Below, one piece after another: positions 50,319 through 59,689 of a DNA stretch of 64,000 bases. Under the pieces are notes generated by a model. That model saw only the letters and a list, made by a program, of their open reading frames with translations. It searched no databases and was not told the origin of the DNA. Position 1 is the stretch's first letter, and every line of letters starts with the position of its first letter. Location of the stretch: contig OZ241867.1 in the NCBI GenBank assembly GCA_965203175.1, positions 480,001 through 544,000 of the forward strand, read 5' to 3'. The stretch comes from Candidatus Latescibacterota bacterium (GTDB lineage: Bacteria; Latescibacterota; UBA2968; UBA8231). The translations under genes were made by a program, and so were the position numbers.

Positions 50319-50944
50319 CTCAGCGCCACGCTGGGCGTACCCGTCCGCGCTGCCGCTTGCAGTTTGAGCCGCTTGCCGTACTTATACCGCACCCGATCGC
50401 GTTTGGTCTCAATTACTTGGATGCCGTGCAAGAAGTCGTATATCATACTGCCGGCGATGGTAATCACTCCCAACGCAACCAGCGGTACGCCTATCCCGCG
50501 ATCGCGATGGAACTCCTGCAGGCGGTACTTGGGCGTCTCGCCTTCTAGCGAAACGGGAATCTTCTCATAGCGGCGCTCGTTGTCTTTCCCGGCGTTGAGC
50601 ACCAAGACGTCAAAATCCGTATCTGGGAAATCGCCCTCGTTCTCCCCAAGCGCCGCCCCAGCGACAATCGCGGCGACACCCGCAAGACTCGTGGCCAAAA
50701 GCCACTTCCCGGTCGTAGGTTCCCCGGCGTAAAAGTGCATCATACCCGGCACCGGAATCGCGCTCCGCATCAATCCGGTGGAGATGCGGCGGTTCATGTC
50801 CTGGTACTCTTCATAGGTCATGTCCTGCGGTATGGGCATTAGCGGTGCCTCGTTCAGCACATCGCCTGTTCCCTGCGCTACAGCCAACGACGGCACGACG
50901 AGTGCCAGCACAAGCGTCACTATCCCTAGCGCGTATTTTCTCAT
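50306..50944 (-). CDS. Exported / membrane hypothetical protein
   Basis: Signal peptide (…SLAVA|Q), PGMMHFYAGE, two hydrophobic segments, C-terminal Phe; AGGAGG RBS. Confidence 0.7.
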   Translation of the reverse strand: MRKYALGIVTLVLALVVPSLAVAQGTGDVLNEAPLMPIPQDMTYEEYQDMNRRISTGLMRSAIPVPGMMHFYAGEPTTGKWLLATSLAGVAAIVAGAALGENEGDFPDTDFDVLVLNAGKDNERRYEKIPVSLEGETPKYRLQEFHRDRGIGVPLVALGVITIAGSMIYDFLHGIQVIETKRDRVRYKYGKRLKLQAAARTGTPSVALSYAF

Positions 50945-51051
50945 AGTTAATCCTCCTGTCTTAGTAGTGATCGAAGTAGTGATCGAAATGGCCGTACAGC
51001 CTGCTCTTGGTTGTCAGCCAGCACCTACTACTCCATTACAAGGTAGAATTG

Positions 51052-53085
51052 CTATCTCAGAAAGTCGAAGAAGCGGCGAGACGGTTTAATCGACCGGTCG
51101 AGGAATTTTTCAAGCTCGTCGCGTTTCATGGCGACCTGGTCGTTCACGCTCGCAGTGTCGTCCAGTATCCAGTCGGGTATGTCATTTTTGACCTGACTCG
51201 ACGCCATGGGTTGCACTCCAACAATTACCAAATCTCCCGAGATAGTCCAGCTTCCTGTGGGCGGTCGGCGGTCCTTGGTGTATTTGTCGCGATGAAGGAG
51301 GTTTTTCAATACCAAACGGGGTCGTTCAAATGCGCGACTCTGGTATTCGTCCAGAGTCATAATTTTACACCAGTTGGGCAGTTTTGAACCCGGCGGCAAA
51401 TTTTCCTCAAAGAGGTGGCACAACACCGATGAGGAAAGCCTGAGAATGTCCATATCTTGGTATTCTGCATCGGCGGTGGAGTTCATCTCGTGCAAAACCT
51501 GGTTCAGATATTCCCGGTAGAGAGCCGTAGTCAACTTTTCACTGATACCCGAAACCGATCTTTGAAGATTGCGGCGAGTTGGAGTGTCGTCGCCGGGCAG
51601 CGATGTTCGGGTGTAAATCATCAGACATCGCTTTATAATCTCAGGCGGGAAGTTGCGGGCCTCTGCATTCATAGACAGCGCGAAGCATGGATACTCAGGA
51701 TACTGTATCGTTTCGTCCTTGATGATTTCCGGTGCATGACGGCTGAAGCGATCTCGGGTCACGTCGTCGAACACAACGGGGAACCGCTTGTATGATTCCT
51801 GCAAACCGCGCAGATTGCTGCGCGTGAAGTACCGCGTCTCGACTATCCGGGGATAGGAGAACATGGACCTCATCAGCGTTTCGATCAGGATGCTCTTGCC
51901 GCAGTTGCTCTGACCGTATAGCACAGCGAACATGGGCTGGTCGAAGCTAAAGTTTCCCTTTCGGAGAGCGTTATTCCTTAGATCGCACATTAGCGGCGAA
52001 AAGTAAAACCAGCACATGAACGTGTAGTAATCCCGCTGCAACCTAGGAACGTCTCCTGCAAATCCGTTTTCGTAGTTTCCAAAGAACTCCAGCCATGCCG
52101 TTACATCACTTCGCACCTCGGCAGGGTCAGCCTCTAGGCTCAGTTCGTTACCCGAAAGGATGAACCTTTTTCCATCGTAAGACAGAAACGTCCTAGGGCC
52201 ATCATCTTCCTGCCTCGATGTCACTATTCGGGTCATCTGCTTGACGATTCTCGAATCGAATCGGATGTGACCTTTGCCGTTGGGACGAATATCCGCTAGG
52301 GCCTGTCGGCGGATCGGTGTAATGCGTTCTACCTGCGACAGAACCTTCGAAATGCTGTACTCGGCTTCGGCCTCCTGTTCAGGTGGAACGTATATCGTCA
52401 TTCCGCTTGGGCTAGAATCGGCTTCTTTCAGTACCGGAGTCTCTTGGATCGGCATTAGCTCTGCCGAGACGGGGTTCTCTCTGAGGGGCACTCGGTTAGC
52501 GGCAATGGCACGTACAGCTTCGTATTGGTTGGAATAGTGCGTCCAAGCCACATCGTCGTTGTCGAAGGCGATCAGGGTCTCGGCTTGTCTGCCAGAAAAC
52601 GCGGTCTCGGACAGATTAGCCGATCCGACGATGACACGCCTGAATCCCTCTCTTTCTAGCAGATAGATTTTAGCGTGGGCGATGGCGTCCTTCACTACGA
52701 AGAAACGCGCTGTTCCTTTGGCGGCACGATCGTAGATGATTCTCCGGCGCTCGTCAGATAACTCTGCGATCCCAACAAAACCTTTGTTCAGCTTTTCGTT
52801 CACGACGGTCTGGAACGCCAAGAGATTCGCGGCGTCCCGTGTCAATATCCCATTGTGTCCAAAGACGCACTCGAAATCATCGTAATCGAAGTCCCTTAGT
52901 AGCCCTAAGATCATCGGAATGCTTGGGGTGTACGTGAGTGTACGCATGGACGAAAAGCCGCCGAAGAGGTCCATATCAAAACGCTCGACTCTTTCGGCAC
53001 GTGCATAAACGACTTCCAGCCCATTGCTTTGCGTACGAGAGTCAGGATCATCAAAGGCAAAATTAGGTTGTAGCGTCATCAGCAA
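51052..53085 (-). CDS. Phospholipase D-family nuclease fused to a P-loop (AAA+/SF3-like) ATPase
   Basis: HAKIYLLE...IVGSANLS (HKD-type); Walker A GQSNCGKS, Walker B VVFDD, LSMN, IIKRC. AT-richer than its flanks. Confidence 0.75.
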   Translation of the reverse strand: MLMTLQPNFAFDDPDSRTQSNGLEVVYARAERVERFDMDLFGGFSSMRTLTYTPSIPMILGLLRDFDYDDFECVFGHNGILTRDAANLLAFQTVVNEKLNKGFVGIAELSDERRRIIYDRAAKGTARFFVVKDAIAHAKIYLLEREGFRRVIVGSANLSETAFSGRQAETLIAFDNDDVAWTHYSNQYEAVRAIAANRVPLRENPVSAELMPIQETPVLKEADSSPSGMTIYVPPEQEAEAEYSISKVLSQVERITPIRRQALADIRPNGKGHIRFDSRIVKQMTRIVTSRQEDDGPRTFLSYDGKRFILSGNELSLEADPAEVRSDVTAWLEFFGNYENGFAGDVPRLQRDYYTFMCWFYFSPLMCDLRNNALRKGNFSFDQPMFAVLYGQSNCGKSILIETLMRSMFSYPRIVETRYFTRSNLRGLQESYKRFPVVFDDVTRDRFSRHAPEIIKDETIQYPEYPCFALSMNAEARNFPPEIIKRCLMIYTRTSLPGDDTPTRRNLQRSVSGISEKLTTALYREYLNQVLHEMNSTADAEYQDMDILRLSSSVLCHLFEENLPPGSKLPNWCKIMTLDEYQSRAFERPRLVLKNLLHRDKYTKDRRPPTGSWTISGDLVIVGVQPMASSQVKNDIPDWILDDTASVNDQVAMKRDELEKFLDRSIKPSRRFFDFLR

Positions 53086-53385
53086 TGTTCCTCGCGATTA
53101 AATTTTTACGCAGATTGAGAAGCTGAATCCCTTGGCATTGGATCCGGCGTTATTCGGAAAATCCGCTGGCGTTATACTTACCTTAATAACATAACTCTTA
53201 AGAATGCCAAAAGTGGCACCGCCATATTCACCGTCACGCCGAAAGGACCGTCACTCCATGATCTGGCCACTTAGGTCGTCCATTCAGCCATCGGTTGTGA
53301 CTTATAACACCTGAACGCGGCAATGGTGTCACCGCTATTGCTATCTCAATCAACTCTACGAACTCGATCTATTGCGGTATCACTA

Positions 53386-53542
53386 TCGGCGGGCTCACTA
53401 TGAGCCGTCCCACTCCTTGCCCTAGGACCGGGAGCAGCCTACTTTCCTTGGGTATCCGGCCAGACTCCTCCGCTGCGAAGCCGAGCGGGAATTGAACTTT
53501 TTGACGTGGTCGGTCCAATATTTCTCTGTTGGGACCGACCCC
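53386..53542. ncRNA. Candidate structured non-coding RNA (unassigned family)
   Basis: Several stems and a possible pseudoknot within a 534-bp intergenic region; see findings. Confidence 0.4.
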
Positions 53543-53619
53543 GTTCCACTGCAAATCCGTCAAATCTTCCCATGCAGGGTGCGTGGCCGCAACGCCCATC
53601 TTTCACGCGGAGAAATCTC

Positions 53620-54315
53620 ATGAAGATAGCACGTCTGCTAGGGGTAGGTTGTACCTCGCTCGTCCTGCTCGCCTGCAACGGCCAAGAAGTCAAGACCGAC
53701 ACCCCAGCCAAAGTGGAGACCGAAGAAGAAAAGGTCCTCTACGCCTTGGGCCTAGTCATAGCACAAAACACCATGGAACCGTTCAAGGGGCAATTCAGCG
53801 ACGCGGAAATAGCGGTGGTCCTTAAGGGTTTTGCCGATGCCCTCAAAGGTGGCGAGCCCATCGTCCCCCTAGAGGAATTCGGCCCCAAGATCAACCCCAT
53901 GTTGCAGGAGCGCTTGCAAAGAGTTCAGGCCCAAGCCGAGGCAGAGGGCAAGGCCTTCATGGAAAAGGCCGCCCAAGAAGAAGGCGCCGTGCAGACAGCT
54001 TCCGGCCTCATCTTCAAAGAGTTGAGGGCCGGCACCGGGGTCTCGCCCAAAGCCACTGACCGGGTCAAAGTGCACTACCACGGCTCGCTGATTGACGGCA
54101 CTGTCTTCGACAGTTCGGTGGAGCGCGGCGAGCCTGTCACCTTCGCCCTCGATCAGGTAGTCAAAGGCTGGACTGAGGGACTGCAAATGATGAAAGTGGG
54201 CGGCAAGGCCAAGCTGACCATCTCGCCCGAATTGGCCTACGGCCCGGGGGGCCGCGCAGGGATTCCGCCCAACGCCACCCTGATTTTTGAAGTCGAACTA
54301 CTAGGCATTGAGTGA
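53620..54315 (+). CDS. FKBP-type peptidyl-prolyl isomerase (FkpA/Mip-like lipoprotein)
   Basis: Lipobox LLAC; YALG; VHYHGSLIDGTVFDSS, GWTEGLQMM, LAYG, IPPNATLIFEVELL motifs. Confidence 0.93.
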   Translation: MKIARLLGVGCTSLVLLACNGQEVKTDTPAKVETEEEKVLYALGLVIAQNTMEPFKGQFSDAEIAVVLKGFADALKGGEPIVPLEEFGPKINPMLQERLQRVQAQAEAEGKAFMEKAAQEEGAVQTASGLIFKELRAGTGVSPKATDRVKVHYHGSLIDGTVFDSSVERGEPVTFALDQVVKGWTEGLQMMKVGGKAKLTISPELAYGPGGRAGIPPNATLIFEVELLGIE

Positions 54316-54318
54316 GGT

Positions 54319-55335
54319 TCACGTCTCCCACTCCGCGTAAATATCCGCGATCACTTCGTCGATCGGCGCCCGATGCGTCTCCGCGTCGAGCACCGACGCC
54401 TGAGCCGAGGCCTCGGCGAGCAGGGCCGGCAATTTAACTTGTTCCGCGTCAAAGACGTACTCGTGCCAGCCGGCCTCCGTTGTCAGGAGTTCGGCGCGGC
54501 TCAAGTCAGGTGCCTCCTCCCCGCTCGTCTGCAAGCGCAACCGCCGTCTGTCCCCAAAGTGATTGCGCAGCTCGTCAAAGGGGCCGTCAAAGGCGATTCG
54601 CCCCCGATCTATCATCACGATTCGACCGGCCAACTGTTCCAACTCGTCCATGTCGTGGCTGGTGATCATCACCGTTACGCCTTTCTCTCGGTTCAGATCC
54701 TTGATAAAGTCGAGGATATGGCGCCTAGCCAGCACATCGACACCGATCGTCGGCTCGTCCAAAAAAAGGATCTCCGGCTCGTGCATGAGCATCAGCCCGA
54801 GGTCTGCTCGCATCTTCTGCCCTAGGCTCAACTGCCGCGCCAGACTGTCCATGAACTCGCCGAGACCCAGCAACTCGCGCACAAAGCCAAGCATCCGCTC
54901 GTAGCGCTCCTGCGGAATATCCCACACGACCCGCTTCCATTCGAAACTCGCCGACACGGGCTGGTCCCACCACAGTTCGGTGCGCTGGCCAAAGACCACG
55001 CCAATGCGGCTGACATAGGCTACCCTATCCCGCATCGGGTCCATTCCCAAGGCCCGCACGCTCCCCGACGTCGGTGCCAGCACGCTCGACAGCAGCTTGA
55101 CCGTCGTCGATTTGCCCGCGCCATTGGGGCCAGCGTAGGCGACGATCTCGCCCCGGCGCACCACAAGGTCCACATCCTGCAGGGCGCGAATCTCGCGCAC
55201 CCGGGGCCGAAAGAGATTCTTGAACACATCGCGCACATGGGCCGAGCGCTGGCGTTGGTAGAAGGTCTTGTTGACCCCCTGCAACTCAACTGCGATGTCC
55301 CCAGCGCAAATAGCGCTGCGATCCAGTGTGTCCAT
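54319..55335 (-). CDS. ABC transporter ATP-binding protein
   Basis: GPNGAGKST, VVFGQRTELWWD, LSLGQKMR, FLDEPTIG, SHDM motifs. Confidence 0.93.
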   Translation of the reverse strand: MDTLDRSAICAGDIAVELQGVNKTFYQRQRSAHVRDVFKNLFRPRVREIRALQDVDLVVRRGEIVAYAGPNGAGKSTTVKLLSSVLAPTSGSVRALGMDPMRDRVAYVSRIGVVFGQRTELWWDQPVSASFEWKRVVWDIPQERYERMLGFVRELLGLGEFMDSLARQLSLGQKMRADLGLMLMHEPEILFLDEPTIGVDVLARRHILDFIKDLNREKGVTVMITSHDMDELEQLAGRIVMIDRGRIAFDGPFDELRNHFGDRRRLRLQTSGEEAPDLSRAELLTTEAGWHEYVFDAEQVKLPALLAEASAQASVLDAETHRAPIDEVIADIYAEWET

Positions 55336-56137
55336 AGTGATTCATTCCTTTCTTGATAGCTATCAGCGCCACAAAGCTCAGGGCGCAGGCGAATATCGGC
55401 GTAGTCCACAGCGATCCAGCACCTTGGTCGATCTCAAGCAGGATCCGACAGGGATACCAAGCGACAAAACCCACCGGCAGCACGCTCAACAGGCCGTGGA
55501 CCAAGAGCGGATGCAGCCCATCGAGGGGGAACGACTTCAACTGCCAGGCGAAACCAATCGCGCGGGAGCTGATCTCCTCGGCCCCCACCGGCGACCAAAA
55601 CGCCAGCGCGCTCCACAAATAGCAAAAGGCCAAAACCACCACGCATGAAGACAGTAGGTGGACTCCATAGCACAGCCACCAGCCGGGTTCCAAGGCCATA
55701 TCCAGCCGCCCCAAAGACCAAGCGCTGATCCCCAATCCGACGATGGCTCCCCAGCAGCCGGAGAAGGGCATAAAGCCTTCCGTGAGCAGGGCCATCCACA
55801 AAGGCTGCGGCTGCACCAGCGTGTGGTCGAGCTGGCCGCGGCCAATGCGGCGGCTGATGGCCAGCACGTTGTAGCCGAAGAACATTTCGAGTAGTCCCTG
55901 TACTAGGGCGGCGTAGCCGAGCATGAAGAGAATCTGGTCTTGGCTCCACGCCCCGATCCCAGCAAAGCGCTCGGCTAGGAGGAATACCGCCACCACCCCC
56001 GAGAGGCTGAGGATGAAGTCGGAGACGACGTTGATGAGAAAAAACTTGAAGTCCCGGGTCATCCACATGAAGTCGAGATAGGCCTGCACCCGCCAGCGCC
56101 TGATAACCTGGACTACGGGGTTACGGTTAGCCGCCAT
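55286..56137 (-). CDS. ABC-2 type (DUF990-like) permease
   Basis: About 6 TM helices; IGRGQLDHTLVQP and FPLD motifs. Confidence 0.85.
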   Translation of the reverse strand: MAANRNPVVQVIRRWRVQAYLDFMWMTRDFKFFLINVVSDFILSLSGVVAVFLLAERFAGIGAWSQDQILFMLGYAALVQGLLEMFFGYNVLAISRRIGRGQLDHTLVQPQPLWMALLTEGFMPFSGCWGAIVGLGISAWSLGRLDMALEPGWWLCYGVHLLSSCVVVLAFCYLWSALAFWSPVGAEEISSRAIGFAWQLKSFPLDGLHPLLVHGLLSVLPVGFVAWYPCRILLEIDQGAGSLWTTPIFACALSFVALIAIKKGMNHYGHTGSQRYLRWGHRS

Positions 56138-56921
56138 GGGACACCAGCCTTTCGCGATTGTGGCACCAGAGTGCGTGCGCGCTAACCCACAGCACTACAG
56201 CCCAAGTTATCTGCAACGGGATGAGGTCGTGTGGATCGCCCGTGCCGGTGTACAGGCGCAGTGGTGCCGACGCCAGCGAGGCAAAGGGCAGCCATTCGAG
56301 ATAGTCCCCGAGGCCCCACGGCAACAGCGCCAGCGGCACCAGCCGGCCCGACAACAGCACCGTCAATGTGGTGCGGATCCGTTGCAGCGCGTACACGCTG
56401 TGCTCTAAGAATACCATGCACGCGGCAAAGAACAGATCCAACGCCGTGCCCACTGCCACGCCCAGCGCCAAACTGAGCAGGAACCACAGCCCGGCCGTCC
56501 ACGTCGCCGGCAAGGGGTCAACTCCCAGCAGCGGCGCGACGAGCAACAGCGGTAGCGCAAAGAACAGCAGGCCGGGGATCCAGCCGCCGACCATCTCGGC
56601 CAGCATCTGCCCGTAGATCCCCATCGGCCGCAAAAAGCGGTTGGCTATATTGCCGCTCCACAGATCGTCGTCGATCTGGGTGCGGCCCGATAGCTGGTCC
56701 GCAAAAATTGCCGCGACCATGGTATAGGTCAGCACCGCCTCCAAGCTCATCCCCGCAACCACGCCTTGGCCCGCCATCACCGTGCGCCACAGCGAGAGCA
56801 AAATCGCCACGTGGAATAGCCGTAGCGCGAAATCGCCAATCAGGCCCCAAAGCGCGTCGTTGAGCGACTGTGTCGCGACGATGGCGATGGTTTTCCCGTA
56901 TTTGTGCAGTAGTGTTATCAT
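56127..56921 (-). CDS. ABC-2 type (DUF990-like) permease
   Basis: SGNIANRFLRP, LLSGRLVPL, LPF...P, C-terminal HGG motifs. Confidence 0.85.
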   Translation of the reverse strand: MITLLHKYGKTIAIVATQSLNDALWGLIGDFALRLFHVAILLSLWRTVMAGQGVVAGMSLEAVLTYTMVAAIFADQLSGRTQIDDDLWSGNIANRFLRPMGIYGQMLAEMVGGWIPGLLFFALPLLLVAPLLGVDPLPATWTAGLWFLLSLALGVAVGTALDLFFAACMVFLEHSVYALQRIRTTLTVLLSGRLVPLALLPWGLGDYLEWLPFASLASAPLRLYTGTGDPHDLIPLQITWAVVLWVSAHALWCHNRERLVSHGG

Positions 56922-56932
56922 CGGTTATCTCC

Positions 56933-56966
56933 AAAAAAAAGACCGCAGACAATAAGCCCGCGGTCT
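56933..56966 (-). terminator. Intrinsic terminator-like hairpin directly upstream of the ABC operon RBS
   Basis: Minus strand: AGACCGC...GCGGTC followed by T8, then GGAGAT RBS. Confidence 0.7.
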
Positions 56967-56978
56967 CTGATAATCATG

Positions 56979-57006
56979 AAAAAAGCCGGAAGCGAGGCTT
57001 CCGGCT
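56979..57006 (-). terminator. Intrinsic terminator
   Basis: Minus strand: AGCCGGAAGC-CTC-GCTTCCGGCT, a perfect 10-bp stem, followed by a T-tract. Confidence 0.8.
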
Positions 57007-57240
57007 AAATTATATAACTCATTGTTTATAAATATCTTAGCTTGGCCTCTTCAGAGCGGCGTGGGCATACCTATCCTGTGCGAGGCCCCAGTGGAACCTC
57101 TCATGCGGCTCAATTCGATGCCCACGCGCAGGGCAATGGAAAAAAGATGGCAGTTGTTCGCTTGCATGGCAGGCCAATTATATGGAGGAGAGATTCATCA
57201 TGTCAAGGCATGCAATACGGCCAAAGGGCGCGTCGGTGCA

Positions 57241-58215
57241 TCATGTCCCCGAGATGGCGTCGATCATCTCCATCGTCTTCACCGCGTCGTCCAGACTACA
57301 GGCCGGGAACGGAAGTGCGCCTCCATCCAGGACCCATCTCAAGAACGTGCGATCCTGCTGATAAAATCCCGGTTTGTAGCGGCGATCGATGTCATCCCCT
57401 TCGACGTTTTCCGGCTGTCCGCCCCTGCGTCTCAAGGTTGCGGCTGTCCCAAGAGCGGACGTGAAGGTAACCCCATTGCCGCGCACTTCCACGCGGTGCC
57501 CTCCCGGAGCGAACCAGTCCATAGAGGCACGCCCGACAGCCCCGCCTGCGAAGGTCAACAGCGCCGAACAGCAGTCCGGCATGGGACCTTCCACAGTATG
57601 GTGCATCGGCTGGACGCTCTCCACGTCACCGCCGAAGAATCGCAGCAGGTCCAAGGCGTGGATGCCGTTTGCCACGCTCCAGCGTTTCAGGACCTCTTGC
57701 GGAAATTTCGGGTTTTCCCGGACCCGCTGGATATCTTCGTGGGCGTCCACGGTGACACTTTGTACCGGCCCGGATTCGAGGATCAACTCCCTGCCCTTGA
57801 GAAGCGTCGAATAGAACCGCCGATTCACGCCCACCATCGCCGGCGTACCCACCGCTTGCGCCAGATCGGCCAACGCCCGGGTCTGGGACGTATAAAGGCC
57901 AGGAGGCTTTTCCAGAAAGGTCGGGATACCGGACCGAATGAAGTCTGCGGCGACTGCGGCGACCTGGAGGACACTCACGAGAACGAAAACGGCGTCGGGC
58001 CGATTTCCTTCCAGCAGGCTCTCGTGTGAGTTCAGGCGATTCGACACGCCGAACCGCGCTCCTGTCTCTTCCAGAACGCGAGGATTGCTGTCCACAAGCG
58101 TCGTCACACACCCCTCGCGAAGGTCGGTGAGCACTTTCAGGTGCCTCTGGGCTATATTTCCGGCTCCAACTACCGCAATGTTCAGCATTTCGTCCTGTTC
58201 CATGTAGTATTGCAT
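57241..58215 (-). CDS. Gfo/Idh/MocA family oxidoreductase
   Basis: VVGAGNIA, FLEKPPG, GVNRRF, GIHALDL motifs; exact start uncertain. Confidence 0.9.
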   Translation of the reverse strand: MQYYMEQDEMLNIAVVGAGNIAQRHLKVLTDLREGCVTTLVDSNPRVLEETGARFGVSNRLNSHESLLEGNRPDAVFVLVSVLQVAAVAADFIRSGIPTFLEKPPGLYTSQTRALADLAQAVGTPAMVGVNRRFYSTLLKGRELILESGPVQSVTVDAHEDIQRVRENPKFPQEVLKRWSVANGIHALDLLRFFGGDVESVQPMHHTVEGPMPDCCSALLTFAGGAVGRASMDWFAPGGHRVEVRGNGVTFTSALGTAATLRRRGGQPENVEGDDIDRRYKPGFYQQDRTFLRWVLDGGALPFPACSLDDAVKTMEMIDAISGT

Positions 58216-58255
58216 GTCTTGGCGCTGGGGAGAAGGACGCGGGTCGGCGGCGTCA

Positions 58256-59689
58256 CTAACAGCCCGTCGGCAAGGGGTGGTACTTCACCTCGACTTCCAC
58301 GTCTGTGACTCTCAGCGGACTCACCAAATCGTCCGGCCGCCCCACCAGCGCAATCTCCAAGCGGTTCGCCCCCTGCTGTGGCCGCACCTCCTGCAAGTCA
58401 AAAATCAGCCACATGCCCTGATAGGGGACGACCTTATAGCCGAACTCGCGGCGGCAGATCTCCCCTTGCAGCGACTGGCCGTTGAGCGCGACCTCCAAGC
58501 GGTCGTCCGAGACCAGATCGACGATCCTGATCCGCAAGAGCACCTGACTGACGCGGCCTTCTCGCGCGTCGTCCGCTAAGTAAAAGGGAATGGTATGCTG
58601 CGCCCGGTCGTCGGCTGCAATCTCCACTGGCAGCGCCACGGGGTACTGGTTTTCCTCATCCGCTGCCCGCCGCGCCAGCACGTAGTGCTTGTCCTTCTCC
58701 TGCATCAGATCCCGACTGCCCAGTTCGCTCAGCGCGCTGCGCTCTTGGTCTCCTAAGGGCCAGGGCATAAACCACGAGTACAGCCCGTCACAGCCCCGAT
58801 CTAACAGATTCATCGCCGCCGCCCGCAGCTGGGCAGGAGAAGGACAAACCCGCTCGGCCCCAACCGACTCATCAGATACGTAGGGCTGCAGGGTGCCATA
58901 GACCGCCGCGTCGGCTGCGTGCGCCGCCTTGACCAGCCAATCTATCGGCATATCCCCGTCGAGAATCATATAGCCGTAGCGGATCGGCACCAAGAAATCC
59001 ACCAACCCGCGCTCTAGCCAAGTCCGCACGTCCAACCCCTGCGCTAGGTTCATCTCCTCAGTGGGCAACACCCGCGCTCCGACCACCCCTGACCGCTGCC
59101 CACGCACCCGCTCGGCGAGCTGCTCTACGTAGTCGGTCAAAATGGGCGTCGTCTCCTCCACATCCTCCTCCCGCAAAATGCGTGGTGCCCCGCCCGGCAG
59201 GGCAAAGTCCAACTCGACGCCATCGGTTTCGTACTCGGTCGCCAACTCCTCAACCACTTGCAATATGTGCGCCCGCACCTCCGCGTGCGCCAACCCGCCA
59301 CCGCCGTCGGCCAGCCTGTGGGCCGGATCCATATTCCCGTAGGCGGCCATCCGCAAGCTAGCCCAAAAGTCCATGCTGTGGTCGTGGGCCCGGTCAATGA
59401 GCACCGTCAGCGGGTCGAAGCCGCGCTCGATCAGGCTCTGCATATTGTGCCACGTGCGCCAATAGGCGGCCTGATCAAAGGGCTGAATATCCGCTCCGAA
59501 CATCATCCCCACCCGCGATGGATAAAAAAGCCCGTCTCCGCGCTCGACCCCGTAGGCAAAAGTATCCACCCCCGTACCTGCAACCTCGTCTACTGGCACC
59601 CAAGCGTCTTCGAGTACCATCGGCGGCTCAAAGGCAAAAAGGTAGTAGTGCCGAGCATCGTTAAAGTAGATAGTGCGCTGCTGTCGCAT
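58256..59689 (-). CDS. Glycoside hydrolase-like (GHL10/DUF187-like TIM barrel) protein
   Basis: IYFNDARH, FYPSRVG, DPLTVLIDRAH...FWASLRM, YETDGVELDF, GLDVRTWL motifs; C-terminal beta domain. Confidence 0.6.
   Translation of the reverse strand: MRQQRTIYFNDARHYYLFAFEPPMVLEDAWVPVDEVAGTGVDTFAYGVERGDGLFYPSRVGMMFGADIQPFDQAAYWRTWHNMQSLIERGFDPLTVLIDRAHDHSMDFWASLRMAAYGNMDPAHRLADGGGGLAHAEVRAHILQVVEELATEYETDGVELDFALPGGAPRILREEDVEETTPILTDYVEQLAERVRGQRSGVVGARVLPTEEMNLAQGLDVRTWLERGLVDFLVPIRYGYMILDGDMPIDWLVKAAHAADAAVYGTLQPYVSDESVGAERVCPSPAQLRAAAMNLLDRGCDGLYSWFMPWPLGDQERSALSELGSRDLMQEKDKHYVLARRAADEENQYPVALPVEIAADDRAQHTIPFYLADDAREGRVSQVLLRIRIVDLVSDDRLEVALNGQSLQGEICRREFGYKVVPYQGMWLIFDLQEVRPQQGANRLEIALVGRPDDLVSPLRVTDVEVEVKYHPLPTGC

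Noticed and set aside
53400-53465. Assignment of the structured region to SRP RNA, c-di-GMP-I, guanidine-III or an HDV-like ribozyme
   Set aside because: Only partial word matches (AGG..CC..GGAGCAGC; AGGGCAA...GAGUGGGACG). The required GNRA loops and conserved core nucleotides are missing, so it is left unassigned.
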